From positions 17,422,001 to 17,486,000 of the forward strand of contig CM022678.1 of assembly GCA_012295275.1 (NCBI GenBank): 64,000 nucleotides of DNA, in the 5' to 3' direction. The stretch's first letter is position 1. Each line of letters begins with the position of its first letter. Source of the stretch: Chrysomallon squamiferum. Taxonomy: Eukaryota; Animalia; Mollusca. The notes under the pieces are model-generated. The model did not search any database. It saw nothing but the letters and a program-made list of their open reading frames with translations, and was not told the DNA's origin. This document shows, piece after piece, positions 41,926-55,538 of this stretch. The position numbers and the translations under genes are program-made.

Positions 41926-44900
41926 AAAGAGAGAGAGAGAGCCAGAGACAGTAACAGAAACAAAGAACGATAGAGAGAAAAACAAAATACTTAAAAAGAG
42001 GAGGTACAAAAACCCAAATCGTACGATATTAACCCACAAAAAACCCTGTTACAAATTCTTACGTCATCCGTCACAAATTGAAACGATTAAGCGTCACAAA
42101 CTGAAAGAGAGCACTTTACATTGTTACACATACCTGCAGACAAACGTGTTAAACTCTCCATACCGTAACTTTGCGTTCAGACGTGTCCGTCACTCCGTCA
42201 TAAATAAACGATTACCTACGTCTGCACATCACAGATACAGCTATACAGTACCGCCACCAACAAGGTCGAAGAATAAACATACTAAAATCGTTTTAGCCGT
42301 TATTTCGTTAGTTTACATCACATCACGAAAGTGACCAAGATATTAGTGAGCGGTGGTGACCGATAGGGGAATTGAAATTGAGATGCACTTTAGTTAGAGT
42401 AAGATAAACAGAACGCTATTCTGGATTTAAGACATGATTGTTGTAAGACTGAAGATGTCGAAATAAATATCTCATTATAGAGGTGTCGACTGGGAAAAAC
42501 TTCATCTACAACAAGGACAACAGCGACAGCAATAACAAAATCATTTTGTTGAAAATCAGAAAAAGAACTGATGAGTTTCTTCTCAGCAGTAACATAATAT
42601 AGTAAGAAAGTGAGGAGCGACAGAAAAAAAAAAAAAAAAAAAAAAACGGAGCTAAAACTCGAGTTGTAAAGAAAGCACACAAACACTCAGTATATATAAA
42701 AATGTAAGATTATATTTACAATACATGTTCTGGTTTCATGCTGTTTTGGGTTTCTTTCTGTAACTTCCTTTGCAGGTTGTGATTAACTTTGTTTATATAC
42801 CTCAGTGGATCAGCGTAAGAGAAATAGGCACACATTAATAATATGTAATATAAAAAATACAGGAAGCGAAAAAAAAGGAAAGACAACGGAAGAAGAATGA
42901 TTGAAAAGAACGAGAAAACTAAACAATTTAACATTGTATATAGGTCTATATATATTTGCATACCGCGATGCATTTTATGAATACGAATGAAGAAATATAT
43001 TAATATTAATTCATTAAATAAATTCAGTATATTTCAAACTTACGTTGTTTGTGTTGTTGTTTTTGTTTTGTCTTATTTTAAAATTCTATCTATTTATTTA
43101 TTTATTAACTTTTATTTATTGCGGTTTTTGTCCAATCTTAATTAATAACGAAGTTAAAGAATAAAAGCGTTTAGTTTAGAACTATCACGGTGCCGCCCTT
43201 TTTTCTTTATTGCAGACGTCATTGAGGTCCGATTTGTTATAGTTTCTTTAATTTTATAGAATCCGTCACGTACGCGATGACGTCACGTCTACTATGACGA
43301 AAGAACAAAATGGCGGAGTTCAAACTATTATTTTTCGTCATATTTTCATCTTTATATATTTGTTATTCCTTCTTCTATCTTTGTTTCTTAGGTTTTATTT
43401 TCCTTTTCTTTTTCCCATTTTTTATTCTCTCGTTCTTTCACTGTAACGCAAAACGACAAACAACCCTGAAAGATTGATTACCTGACATACACAAATACAT
43501 CTGAAGGTCACTGTTAAATATCTAGTTTCCCACAATTACACAATACTACCGTTACCTAGTAATGGGTCATTTGGATTATCTGATAATCCTATAAACCAGT
43601 GCCGTCTTTGAGTAGGAATATAAAGTCTTAAGCAATTAATGCCTTCGAACAATGGCTTCATTCTGTCAAAGGTTAAACCAGATGAACACAGCCTACAATG
43701 GGAAAAATTTGGAAGAAGAAAAAAGACAAAATGTCTAAATGAGTAATTAGAATTAATTCTATAAACAAAGAACAAGAACAAAATTATCTAAGAAAAAAAT
43801 GACCATCAGAATTACTGGATTTTCTTAAGGAAAAAAAAATAAAAAAAAAAATAAAACAAACAAACAAACAAAAAACAAAAAAAAGGAATTAATAGAAATC
43901 ACGTACACAACAAGAAAAATACCCACTACCTAACTTCACATTTTCTGCAAATCTGTTCTGTTACTGTTTTGTCGTGCAATCATTCATTTCACCTGTAAAC
44001 ATTTATTTTAATTTTTAAATTTTTTTTAAATTTTAATAAAAGTAAAATAAAAGAAGAGAGAAAGAGAAATAAAACGTAAGAAAGAAAGAAAGAAAAGAAA
44101 AGAAGATTTCAGAAGCTGTGAAATTTTTTTACTTTTGATGGATCTTTTTTTGTTTTGTTTTTTTGAATAATATTTGCAAATAAATTTATTTTATTTACAA
44201 GTTACATCGCGAGATGACGTCACGTTACACAGACACTCAACGGTTGTATTTGACAAGTAAGCAAAAATAGTGCATGTATAGATAGTAGCAGTTTGAAGAG
44301 CGCGAAATGTCGCGTGCCATGTTGTAATAAACTTGAGACAAATCTCGTAAGATAAACCAGTCTCGCGAGACAATATTTTATCTTCTGCTTTTGCCCTTTT
44401 GCGTCTGTAAGCAACAGACGTTTAATAAAGCTGCATCAAACGAACAAACAACAAACCTTCTCTGATCTAAATTGCAGAGAATTTGCTGATTAAATATTGT
44501 GTTGTATTAAAAGAAAATTTACAATGGACATAGAAACGGAGAGAAAAATGTATTTCTTTCTTCATCGTACAAAAACATTTTCACACTGAATGAACTAGTT
44601 TCAGGTGCGTTTTCGTTGGCAAAAATTATCGACCAATTAGATATGGGGTGGGTTCAGTGGTCAGAGTGTCAGACTAAGGTATGATAGATCATAATATTTA
44701 TCCAACTCGGCATGCCCACATGGTCTTTTCCTGTCTGTTTGTCTGTTTCACTTTCCTTTTATGGGTGGATGGACAGATAGATGGATAGAAAGATAAACAG
44801 ACAGATAGCAGACAGGCAACTCAAGGAAAGAGAGAAGATGAAAACGAGACTGAATGAGATCGACATGTCTTGTCCTTTATAAAATCAAATTATTCCGACG

Positions 44901-45877
44901 CTAAAAATCTAGCGAATAAACGCTAAGTATCGACACCTTTCGTGGTAAACAAAAATCCACCATCGAAACAAATTCATTTAAAAATACTTTGCAGGTTTTC
45001 TTAACTGTCAGTTTGTATTTGCTAAAAATATCAAATAATATCGGAAAATGCAATTTTGGACAGAAATATTTTCTGCTTTTGAACTTATGAATTAGAGCGT
45101 TAAATGTTTACACAAGAACAGATCGATTGTGTCCATATTTCGAATTCCCGGTTTCCATGGAAACCTATGTGAAAATAAGTGAAATAATAATAATTTTAAA
45201 ATTCCCCGAAAGGGAGAAAAAACAACAACAACAAAACATCAACATTAAACCTGTTGTAAAAAGAGCAATAAATACATTTCCTTCATTGTAAAATAATAAT
45301 AATAAATAATAATTTCCAATTAATAATAATAACAACAACAACAACAACAATAATAATAAACCAGCAGGAAAAAAAATAAATAAATAAATAAATTAAAACA
45401 ACATCAACAACACTAAAAAAAGATTAACAATTCAGAAAAAAACGTATTAATAAACTAATAAAATAAAACAAATAAAATAAAATATAAATACAAATAAAAA
45501 ACGAAACAAAAAACACAAATGAATTTTTGAAATTATTTTAAATTAGTCAATCAAGTCAACATCAACTATTGTACGTTAATAATTTTAGTATGTTTTTCAA
45601 ATTCAGTAAATTAGTTATAATTATTTATAAAGATTAACAGTTACATTATACAAAAACATATTCAAATTTATAAACAAATACACGTTGTCGAAACAATGAC
45701 AAACGTACAGAAAACTGCACGATTAATCTCACAAAATATAAAAAAAATAATTAAAATTTTTTTTTAAAAAAGAAGAAAATAATAAAACCAAAACATTCCC
45801 AGACCTCACACGGTACTTGTTAATCAGCAGCTACTTGAATTATTAATTAAAATTTAATTACTTTCACAGCTTCTTCA

Positions 45878-45927
<50 letters not shown>

Positions 45928-46076
45928 TGTTTGTGTCCTACCTTAAATATTTCCATCAACTGATAACTCACACGTGACATGCTTATTCCTGTCACCCGTG
46001 CATGACGCTGATCAACTGTTGACGTCATTTTGTCGTTCGGACTTAATCGGTTATTTTCGACTTTTGATTCTTTAGA

Positions 46077-46116
<40 letters not shown>

Positions 46117-46249
46117 TGATGTTTGTTGTTCATCATACAAAAATAAGGATCAGATAAACACTATTCTCTTTTTCACCCCCCACAGAGAGCACCAATGTGG
46201 TGGAAAATCATTTACAAACTTTTCATCAAGGGAGATAATTGTTTTTGTC

Positions 46250-46511
46250 ATGGAGGAAAAACAACAAGCTGTTAATTCAGTCAACGATGACGAATCTCCA
46301 GACATACCAGCAGTCAAATATGAATGTAAGTAGAGTTAATAAATTGAAAAGAATACCTGAATAAGTTAACCACATTTGTATCCAGTGACTGTAATTATAC
46401 CAGCGAACATATTTTCAAATTCGGATTGCACAACGCTTGTCAACCCAGAGTCAGACAACATTTATAACCTGAAGTTATACTTTAACACGTGTAACGAAAA
46501 ATAGAATATAA

Positions 46512-46602
<91 letters not shown>

Positions 46603-49600
46603 ACAACTTATTTATTTATTTATTTTCTTCAGATTTGGATCACACAGCAGACATACAGTAAGTAACTAAGTTGAAATTATATTTTCAATGTAACTATTGA
46701 CAGCAGACATAAAATGTTTTTTATTTATAAAACTTTACTTTTTATATGAATCATATACTAAGTTTCCTTTGTAAAAGAAAACTATAAATATTATACAGCA
46801 GAATCAAAAGATAATGAATAACAGAATGACACTGAAAAGTTTTAGCTTCTAAAACAAACAGTTACTTGAAAATTCCTTTAATAGTTAAAAATAAATATGC
46901 ATTCTAAAATTTATCAATAATCAGCACTGGATTAGTTCAAAAATTAAAAGAAAAAAAGATTAAATCTCTGACTTATTTTTATTTATTCTTTGAATTGTCA
47001 TTTCTTAATTTAACATGTTTTGCTTTTCTTTTTCAGATTACATACATGTATCCTTTTCAAATCTGTGTATACCTTAAACCACTTATCAGCAAGAGATTTT
47101 ATATTTATATAACACAAAAGCTTACATCTATCTATCTGTCTATCCACATCATAAACATGAGAACATATAGTGTGAGTTTTGATATCCAGTGACTGGGTGT
47201 TTGTGTTATTGATGAGCTGTAATATACACCCTGTCATAAACAGGAACACTCACACAAGGAGTTTTGGTGTGTATGGTTGGAATAGGAAATACTAGGTATA
47301 CATGGACAGACAGTAATTAATTTTGCTGTGTGTTATTCCTATGATGTATACACACTGTATTGCCTTATTTCCAGTCATGGACTAAAATTATAACAAAGAT
47401 TTATACTCTGACCACAGTATCAATCACAATCTAGTCATCTTCAGAATAAAACAGATTATAGTTACATTAATTTAAATAATCATTTTATGGTTAAGTATAT
47501 GTTTCCTTGACAACAAAAAACAGGGGGAGATAACCTGAAGGAATCCTTTGAGCAAGTGAGTTTGTATTTACCTTTTTATATTTGTGGATTATATGTAAAT
47601 AAAACAGACTGAAAGTTTTTGTTTAGCTTTGTACATAAAATTAGTAATGGTATTTGTGATGGGATTATAACAAAGAATAAAAAAAAATGAAGCTTTGATA
47701 TTTTATTTTAGGTATGTTATCTGTCTATTTTATATTTGTTAAGGAATGCAGATAGAATTACAAGGGTGTGTGTATGTATATAGCTTTTCTTTATATAAGT
47801 GTGTGAGAGCTTATGTTAATGGCTTCAATTCTTTACTGTTGTAGGTTGCCATAGCAATGTTTAATTACATGACAACTGATTTTGACACTGTAAAAATGTC
47901 AGAAGTACACAAAATCGAAGCTGAAGGTTTGAAAATTTTAAAACTTTATTTCAGTAGTAAACTCTAGACAGATTATATTGTTTGCTTAATCTTAAACCGT
48001 TAATCTAGTTTATGCTGGATGATTGTGTTATTTGCAGAAACATGAAATAATTGAAATTATTAGTATACTGTTACAAATAGATAATTAGATAAATAAATAC
48101 AATCACATTAAAACAAAATATTTTCTAAAACCATATACATGTGATGTAACCATAACATTTTTTTTTTAAAGTTTCTTCCATTGCATTAGTTGATTTAAAT
48201 TTATTATTATTTTGTTATTAGTTATATTTATTGTTGTTGATGTTGTTTTTGTTATTGCTATTGTTGTTAACGTAATTATTGTTTATTGTTTGTTTGTATA
48301 TTGCAGGTTCAGATTATAAATCTTTGTTATACAACTACCTGGATGAGTTTCTGTTTTTATTCTCAGCTGAACCATACATTATTCCTCGGGTATTGTAGCT
48401 GTTGTTATTGCTGTTACTACTGTGTGAATGTGATTACTGTTGCTGCTACTACCACTGCTATTACAACTACGACTACTATTGTTATTACATTTTGTGCATC
48501 TTTTGAAGAGCCAAGATAGTTTAGATTTCTGATAGTTCAGTGTGTCCCAACGTATTTTTATTTTTATTTTTGAAAATATGTAAATCTACATTCATGCTTA
48601 TGTGAATTTTATGTTTATACCATTGGTCCATTAAGTGTCTTGATTAAAGATATTTTTAGACCCAAAGATTTTCAGATTACAGAATTCTTAACTTATATTG
48701 TACTACTACTGCAATAACAATACTACTACTACTACTACTACTACTACTAATAATAATAATAAAAAACACACTAGTAGTAGTAGTAGTAGTAGTAGTAATT
48801 AAAACAAATCTTATAAGCATTGAAAAGAGAGAAACATTTCTTGATTTTTTACATTTCAGGTTGTAAAAATAACAGAATTTGATGAAGAAAACTTTAAAAT
48901 TAAAGCTATAGGGTAAGTGTATTTAACATAATAGTTTCTTGTGGTATATTCAGTCATATATATATATATTTAATTACTCTGTGTGTGTGTGTGTCTCTCT
49001 CTCTCCCTCTCTCTCTGTCTCTCTCCCTCTCCCTCTCTCTCTCTTTGTTTCTGTCTAGTGTATATCTTTTTACATGTCATGCTGTCTGACTAACTATAAC
49101 ATGTTAAACTGATTTGTAGATATGGAGAACCTTTCGATCTCAAAAAACATCCACCAGTAAGTAATTTTACACACAACTTTTCTAGAACTTTTGTTATAAA
49201 TTCCTAGATATCCACATCCAATCTAATGGCTACTCTTTAATAACAAGTGGCAAATTTTTTTTTTTTTTTTTTCATAAATACATTTATTATATTTTTCATG
49301 CTGCGTAATTTGATTATTTGTCAACTTTATTATTAGGAAAGTTTGGTTTCACAAAGGAAATGATTGAAATTAACAAAATATATTTATGCAGTTTGTTTTA
49401 AGTAATGTGCTTGAAATTCACACATGACTGCGTCTTTTTTCTTCTTTTTTAATGTTGTTATAATGTTTATTTTTAAAAGTAACTAAACATAGATACTGTG
49501 TTTAGATTATTAAATACAAATAATGTGTTTACCTTTCTCTGACTGCAGGGTACTGAAGTAAAAGCAATCACCTATTCTAACATGCAGATCTACGATAAAA

Positions 49601-49638
49601 AAGAAACTCATGACATTTTTGTTATTCTTGATATATAA
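46250..49638 (+). CDS. ZBTB8OS: Archease (activator of the RtcB tRNA ligase), 9 coding exons
   Basis: Exons 46250-46325, 46633-46657, 47037-47047, 47524-47555, 47845-47926, 48307-48389, 48860-48912, 49120-49156, 49549-49638 splice in frame. Signature peptides KYEYLDHTADIQLHTWGDNLKESFEQ, SLLYNYLDEFLF, GYGEPFDLKKHPPGTEVKAITYSNMQI and C-terminal FVILDI*. Confidence 0.95.
47048..47523 (+). other. U12-type (minor spliceosome) GT-AG intron
   Basis: 5' splice site GTATCCTTT; branch site TTTCCTTGAC at 47502-47511, about 10 nt before a CAG with no polypyrimidine tract; splicing restores the Trp codon. Confidence 0.9.
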
Positions 49639-49659
49639 CTCATAAAGAGCTCCATCCGT

Positions 49660-50300
49660 CCTGGTTAGAATGGAAAAAACAAAACATTATTCTCAATGAG
49701 ACACAAATCTGATGATATTATTATTTTTTTTGTAACGAGACAACAAAAAAATGTATTATGCGCCTGGTTAGACAAAACCCAAAAAATCTTGGTACTGACG
49801 GTATGTTTGTCACATTTGAAATAGGTTTTAAATATTACCCAAACATTCACGTCTAGAATGGGAAAAAACATAAAAAACGTTTCAAATAAATAGTATTTCT
49901 ATCAATTTCTGACATAGGATTAATAATTACTTCATCTTGCATGATCAGAATTGGGGAAAAAATGGAAATCTTTAAGTCACAATATTGATAACATATTTGT
50001 TACACAAAACATCATAGTAATAGATTTATACATTCTGTATAGTTGGAATTGGGAAAAAATGGAATTTTAAAAAAATCATAATACTGATGACATTTGACAT
50101 ATCAGACTGTATTAATGCATTCTTGGTTGGAAAGAGAAAAAATGTGAAAGCGTCATCATATTATGATACTGATGTTTGTCAATTTTTGACACAGAATTAA
50201 TACTTTGCACCACATCACCTAGTTGGAATGGTAAAAACAGTTTTTTCTCAGGGATAGACTGGTATTCATCATAGATGACAGGATGGTATGTTTGTGTTGG
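49660..50300 (+). repeat. Degenerate ~95-bp tandem repeat (6-7 units) in the archease 3' region
   Basis: Recurrent (TT/AG)GAAT(T)GGGAAAAAA at ~49665, 49853, 49947, 50043, 50126, 50223, alternating with TACTGATG..ATGTTTGTC-like blocks. Confidence 0.65.
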
Positions 50301-53292
50301 AAATTAAATTCATGTGAATACATTGTACGGTAATGATTTTGTGAAAATAAAATAAAAATATTTAATTATTTGTATATAAATGTAAATTATGTGATGTAAA
50401 ATAAATATTTTATAAGACAAAAATCTTGATGTGTTAAATTGCTTTTATTTTTGTAAGTTCAAATGATAAAAAGAAATTATTACATTATATTTATTTGTAG
50501 TGAGAGTACTGAAAATATAATTTTTATAAATTAATTATAAAAGTTAACTGATGCCATTTTTAAATTAAAACATGGTTTGCAAACCATGTTGGAGTTTTTT
50601 TTTTTTTTTTTTTTTCAATATATAAGTAATTTACTTTTGTGTTTTTATTAGCATTTCAAGTGAATTTTCAATCATCAAATTTATTGATCAATTTATCGAT
50701 TCCTTGTGAATTTTAAATATTTTACAACACCTGATGAAATGTATTAAAATCTTCAGAATCTTTTACTTATTTTTTACAAATATATTTAAAAAAATGTTTT
50801 TTCATTAAAATGAAATTACTAAAACAAACTTTCATATATCATAATCTTGTTTATTTAATGTTTTATGTACATCTGTGTGAGAAGAATGAAAGGGGGGGAG
50901 CATTTAACATTTCTAATTATATATAAATAATGACACACTTTTATAAACCACATTTCCCATAATGCAGGAGAGTACATACCACACCTGTTTGAACTGGAAC
51001 ATGTTTTGGAACTGGATTGATCATTCAACCAGTCTGCTCTTCGATCAATCACTAGCAATACATAATACAACGGTTTTATTTTTTATCATCATCATCATTG
51101 TTATTATTTTAGCTGTTAATACATTTCTTTTAAATGCTTGTACAAATAAGAAAACACAAAAAATATCAAAAATAGTTTATTGTAGTTAATATAATAAAAA
51201 TAAATTAGAAAAATGTCTGCATTATGAAAAGTAATTGCTGGAAGATTTAAAAAAAAATAAATAAAAAAAGTCACTGGTAATCAGTATTGCAATTGGAAAC
51301 AAATTTTATATCAGGCACAAAATTTTTAGTTTTATGTTACAAATGCATAAACTATTACACATACTGCCTCATTAGTCAAGACAAAAATACACCATCTTAA
51401 ATTATCCACACACCCCCACACCCACACCCACCCATCCACAAAAAAAGAAAACATAACACACTGCCAGAGAGGTACTATTATTACTTCTACTGCTACCAAC
51501 CAGAAAAGTGAAAGTTTATTTACATTAATCATAAACCCAAACTACCACAGCAGAAGAGACAAAAATAAACAAAATTTCATTATTCATAAATGTAAATATA
51601 ACAAACCCTGCCAGTTTAGGCAAAATAATAAAAAAATAAATAAAAAAAGAGCAGATTTACATTAATCACAAACAAACTGTAACATGCTGCCAGATTAGTA
51701 CAGACAAAAAAATACACAAATTTACATTATTGACTTGATTGTCATCTGATTGCATTATTTATAAACATGTTAAATATCATATACAGTGATGAATAGGAAA
51801 GAAATACAAATAAATTTATATTCCTCACAAACATAAACTGGGTAAGTAGAAAACAAATAAATATGTAAACTCTTTGCACAAACAGTATAGTGTAAAAAAA
51901 AAAACAGTATAATTATCTAGAAAAAAAAATTAGTTAATATTGGGGACTGGTTAATATTTCATGTCATTTCAGAGGAAGTTTAATAAATTAATGATTTTAT
52001 AAAAATTGTGTGGTTACATATATAACAAGTAAATCTTTGTGCGTAAAATTATATTTTTTTGATTTTTGTACAAGATGATCTGCAGAAAAATAAAACATAA
52101 TTTAAAAAATTAATTTTTTAAATTCAAAGTAACTTAACTGAGATATTTCTGTGTTTTTAAAAAGATAGTTAAATACATTTACATATAAATTGCATAACCT
52201 TATTAACAAAATTTTGTATCCACGAGAGAAAAAATAAAAATAACGGAAGTGAAATATATATATACTTGCAAAATAGTTCAAGTGAAATATCAGAAGAGGT
52301 TAACAGATTCTGTCTATACCAACAACTAATTATAAAGCCTATTTGTTAAATCCTCCCCCCAATAATCTCAAAAGTAAATAAATAAAAATTAAATTTACAA
52401 TTCTACGAAATACCAACAGACACTGCTAAGTAATGAGAAAAACAAACAATTTCAACAACAGTGTATTAACAACACCTTCACAAGAACAAACAAAGTACAT
52501 TATATATCAACAAAATTTACACAAGTGAACACTGGGATAAATTAATACAAAATGGTAGTCTTTCAGTAAATACTAACATAACATTCCATATACAATTTTT
52601 TTTTTTATTATTATTATTTTTTTTCACATTTAGGTTTGTAATATGCACCATAAATTAGTTTGGAAACAAATATTTCACCTTCTTAATCTGTATTGATTCC
52701 TGAATAAAATGAGTAGCACTAAATTTAACTAAACTTTCACATAGTTTTTCTATTTTTTTCTTCATTTTTTTTAATTTTTTACTGCATATAAATGTTTGTT
52801 AAAATTTTATTATTTTGTCTGTTTTCGACCACTGTAACATGGGAGGAGAGACAAGCTACACTAAATTTAAATATTAACAAACTTATTTAAAGAATTTGTT
52901 TATATATATTTTTTTTAAACTGACGGATATGGTGGTCAGTTTATTACTATATAGAAAATGTGTTTATTATTCAGTAGTCTTTTTGAAAAATATTTTACTG
53001 AAATAAATTTAAGAAATGGACTGATACTCATCATTTGAAAGCCATTTTGAAAATGAAAATGTTCTTGGAAGGAAATTATTTACATCAAAAAGAAAAATGA
53101 CCAGATTAAAAAAAAAATTTTATTTTTTTTTTTTTTTTTACTTCGTGTTTTTTTTTTTTCATTATTAATTTTTTTTTAAATTAGCTGGTTATTTATATGT
53201 TATTTTTTCAGGATTATAGAGAAATAAAAATAAGAACTGAAAAAAAAAAAAAAAATGAGTGGAGGAAATTACACAAAACAAAGAGTTATCCA

Positions 53293-55497
53293 TTAACATG
53301 ACATTGTTCTTTTCATCACTCTGTAGAACATCTTTGTGTCCGTTATTCCAACGTCTGTACAGAGGTTTGGGTCGTAGGACCGGCCAGATTTCAGCCCACA
53401 GAGAAGTTTTGTCTTGCACTCGTCATCACAGGACCCATCGTCTCGAGACTTGTAGTAGTGTCTGAAAAACAAACATTTGTCACGTTGGGGTTCATTAAAA
53501 TCAGAAAATTACTTTTATTAGAACGATAAACACGTTCAGAAAACAAATACATGGAAAAACAGATTTTGTTTTAGATAGATGTACATCTTCAGGAAAGTAA
53601 TATATTGATTACAAAGACAGTTCAGACTTAAAGAAAACAAAATTTGTTAGATGGATATTCGGAAAAGAAATTTATTACAAAGACATAGATTGATTAAAAA
53701 GATATTTTGATCTTATAAGAAAACTTTTCAAAAACCAAAAAATATCTGGTTTTATATATCAGTGTTTATGTTGCGTGATGTGATATAACCAGTATAGCTA
53801 ATTCAGAAATAAAAAGCCAGATATTATTTTGCATTGTGTATTTGTGTGTATATTTTTAAGCTATTGTCGTTCGGTGTTTTTTTTTTGGGGGGTTGTGTCT
53901 TGGGGTGTTATTTTGCATGGATGGAATGTACAACATTTTGAGAAATAAATAAAACTTACTTATTAAATAAAGTCAGCAGAGGAGGATTTTTTGACATTTT
54001 TCTTATCAAGTTATTCCAGTCTGACGGAAACAATGATTTCATCTTATAAGCAGCCTGGAGATAAAATAAAATAAAAAAAAAAAAAAATAAAAAAATTAAA
54101 CAAACTAACAAACAAGTAAATAAATAAATAAATAACAAAAAACACCGGTTATTATAGAAAAGAATTTGTAATTACAAAAAATAATCAAAATTTATATTTA
54201 AATGTGTTCTTGTTCTGGTGGGAGTTTATAGATTATTTTTATTATTTTTTTAACATTGGTTTTAAAACCAATCAAACCCAAACTTCCACATTCAAGTAAT
54301 TTCGTACAACGAAGTTTATTTTTTTTAACTATTTTTTTTTACCTTGGCTGAGTATTCAAACTGCCAGACAGGTTTGTCAGAGAGATTTACTTCTGTCAGA
54401 TTCAGAATGAAGTTCTCATGATTTAAAACAGCCTTTAAAAATTGAAAAAAACATGTAAATACAGATATAAAAATACTCATACAAATATCTACATACATGA
54501 AAATATCTGAAAAGGTTAACTACCAAGACAGAAATGTGCTTACAGAAACACACACACACAAACAGATTTGAAATATGTACAACACAGCAACAGCCAGTGT
54601 AACGATGTGTATTTGTTGACTGCAATAACACACAAGTTTTGTACACATTTACATACACACCACTTTGTACACATTTATTCATACACACACATAAATGTAT
54701 TTTAACCATTAAAAAAAAATAATTAGAATTAAAGTTTCTTCAAGACAAAATTTATAAAAATTCTAAACTTTACTTCTTTTTATTAAGCATATTCTGACAT
54801 TTAATCACTTCAAAAAAAAATTAAAAATCACTCTTTCCTCTCATCTTACTTTTCAAATTTTTCTGACAAAATTACTATAAAAACGTTTCCTATTAAAAAC
54901 AAATAATCAATAAAAAAGCAGAAAAACAAACAGACCCAAGAAGATTTTGAGTGGTTTCCGTCTATGTGGTATATTCTGTAGCCGAGGTTCAGTTCAGGGA
55001 AGGGTGTGATGCTGGGTGCAATGTAAGCCACGCTGACCGGTCGTTTGAAATCTTTCTCGTCATAAAACACCTCGTAGTGGTCAAAGTGAGTGTGTCCGAA
55101 AAACTGACCAACGATTGTGTTTTCATATCTGTTATAATAAAAAAAACTGACCAATGATTGTGTTTTCGTATCTGTTATATTAAAAAACTGACCAATGATT
55201 GTGTTTTTGTATCTGTTATAATATTAAAAAACTGACCAATGATTGTGTTTTCATATCTGTTATAATATTAAAAAAATGACCAACAATTGTTTTCATATCT
55301 GTTGTAATATTAAAAAACTGACCAATGATCGTGTTTTGAAATCTCTCAAAAATATAAAATAAATAAACTGGCAAACAACTGTTTTCATATTTGATATAAT
55401 AATAAAAGCACAATGTCTAAATTTTTAAAACCCCACAGATAAACAAAACAAAACAAAATAAATATGCAAATAAACAATTAAGAAAAACAATTTTATA

Positions 55498-55538
<41 letters not shown>

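Noticed and set aside
41879-42334. 151-aa ORF
   Set aside because: Starts in a (GT)n repeat with no ATG, no recognisable domain and no supporting splice structure.
43310-43445. ATGGCGGAG-initiated hydrophobic ORF resembling a signal peptide
   Set aside because: T-rich low-complexity sequence with no downstream exons found; better explained as a YY1-like motif.
44645-44715. tRNA-like sequence
   Set aside because: A-box-like start only, no cloverleaf; likely a decayed SINE head.
55100-55395. CRISPR-like appearance of regularly spaced repeats (also at 17335 and 62800)
   Set aside because: Head-to-tail units with no unique spacers, eukaryotic intron context and no cas genes.
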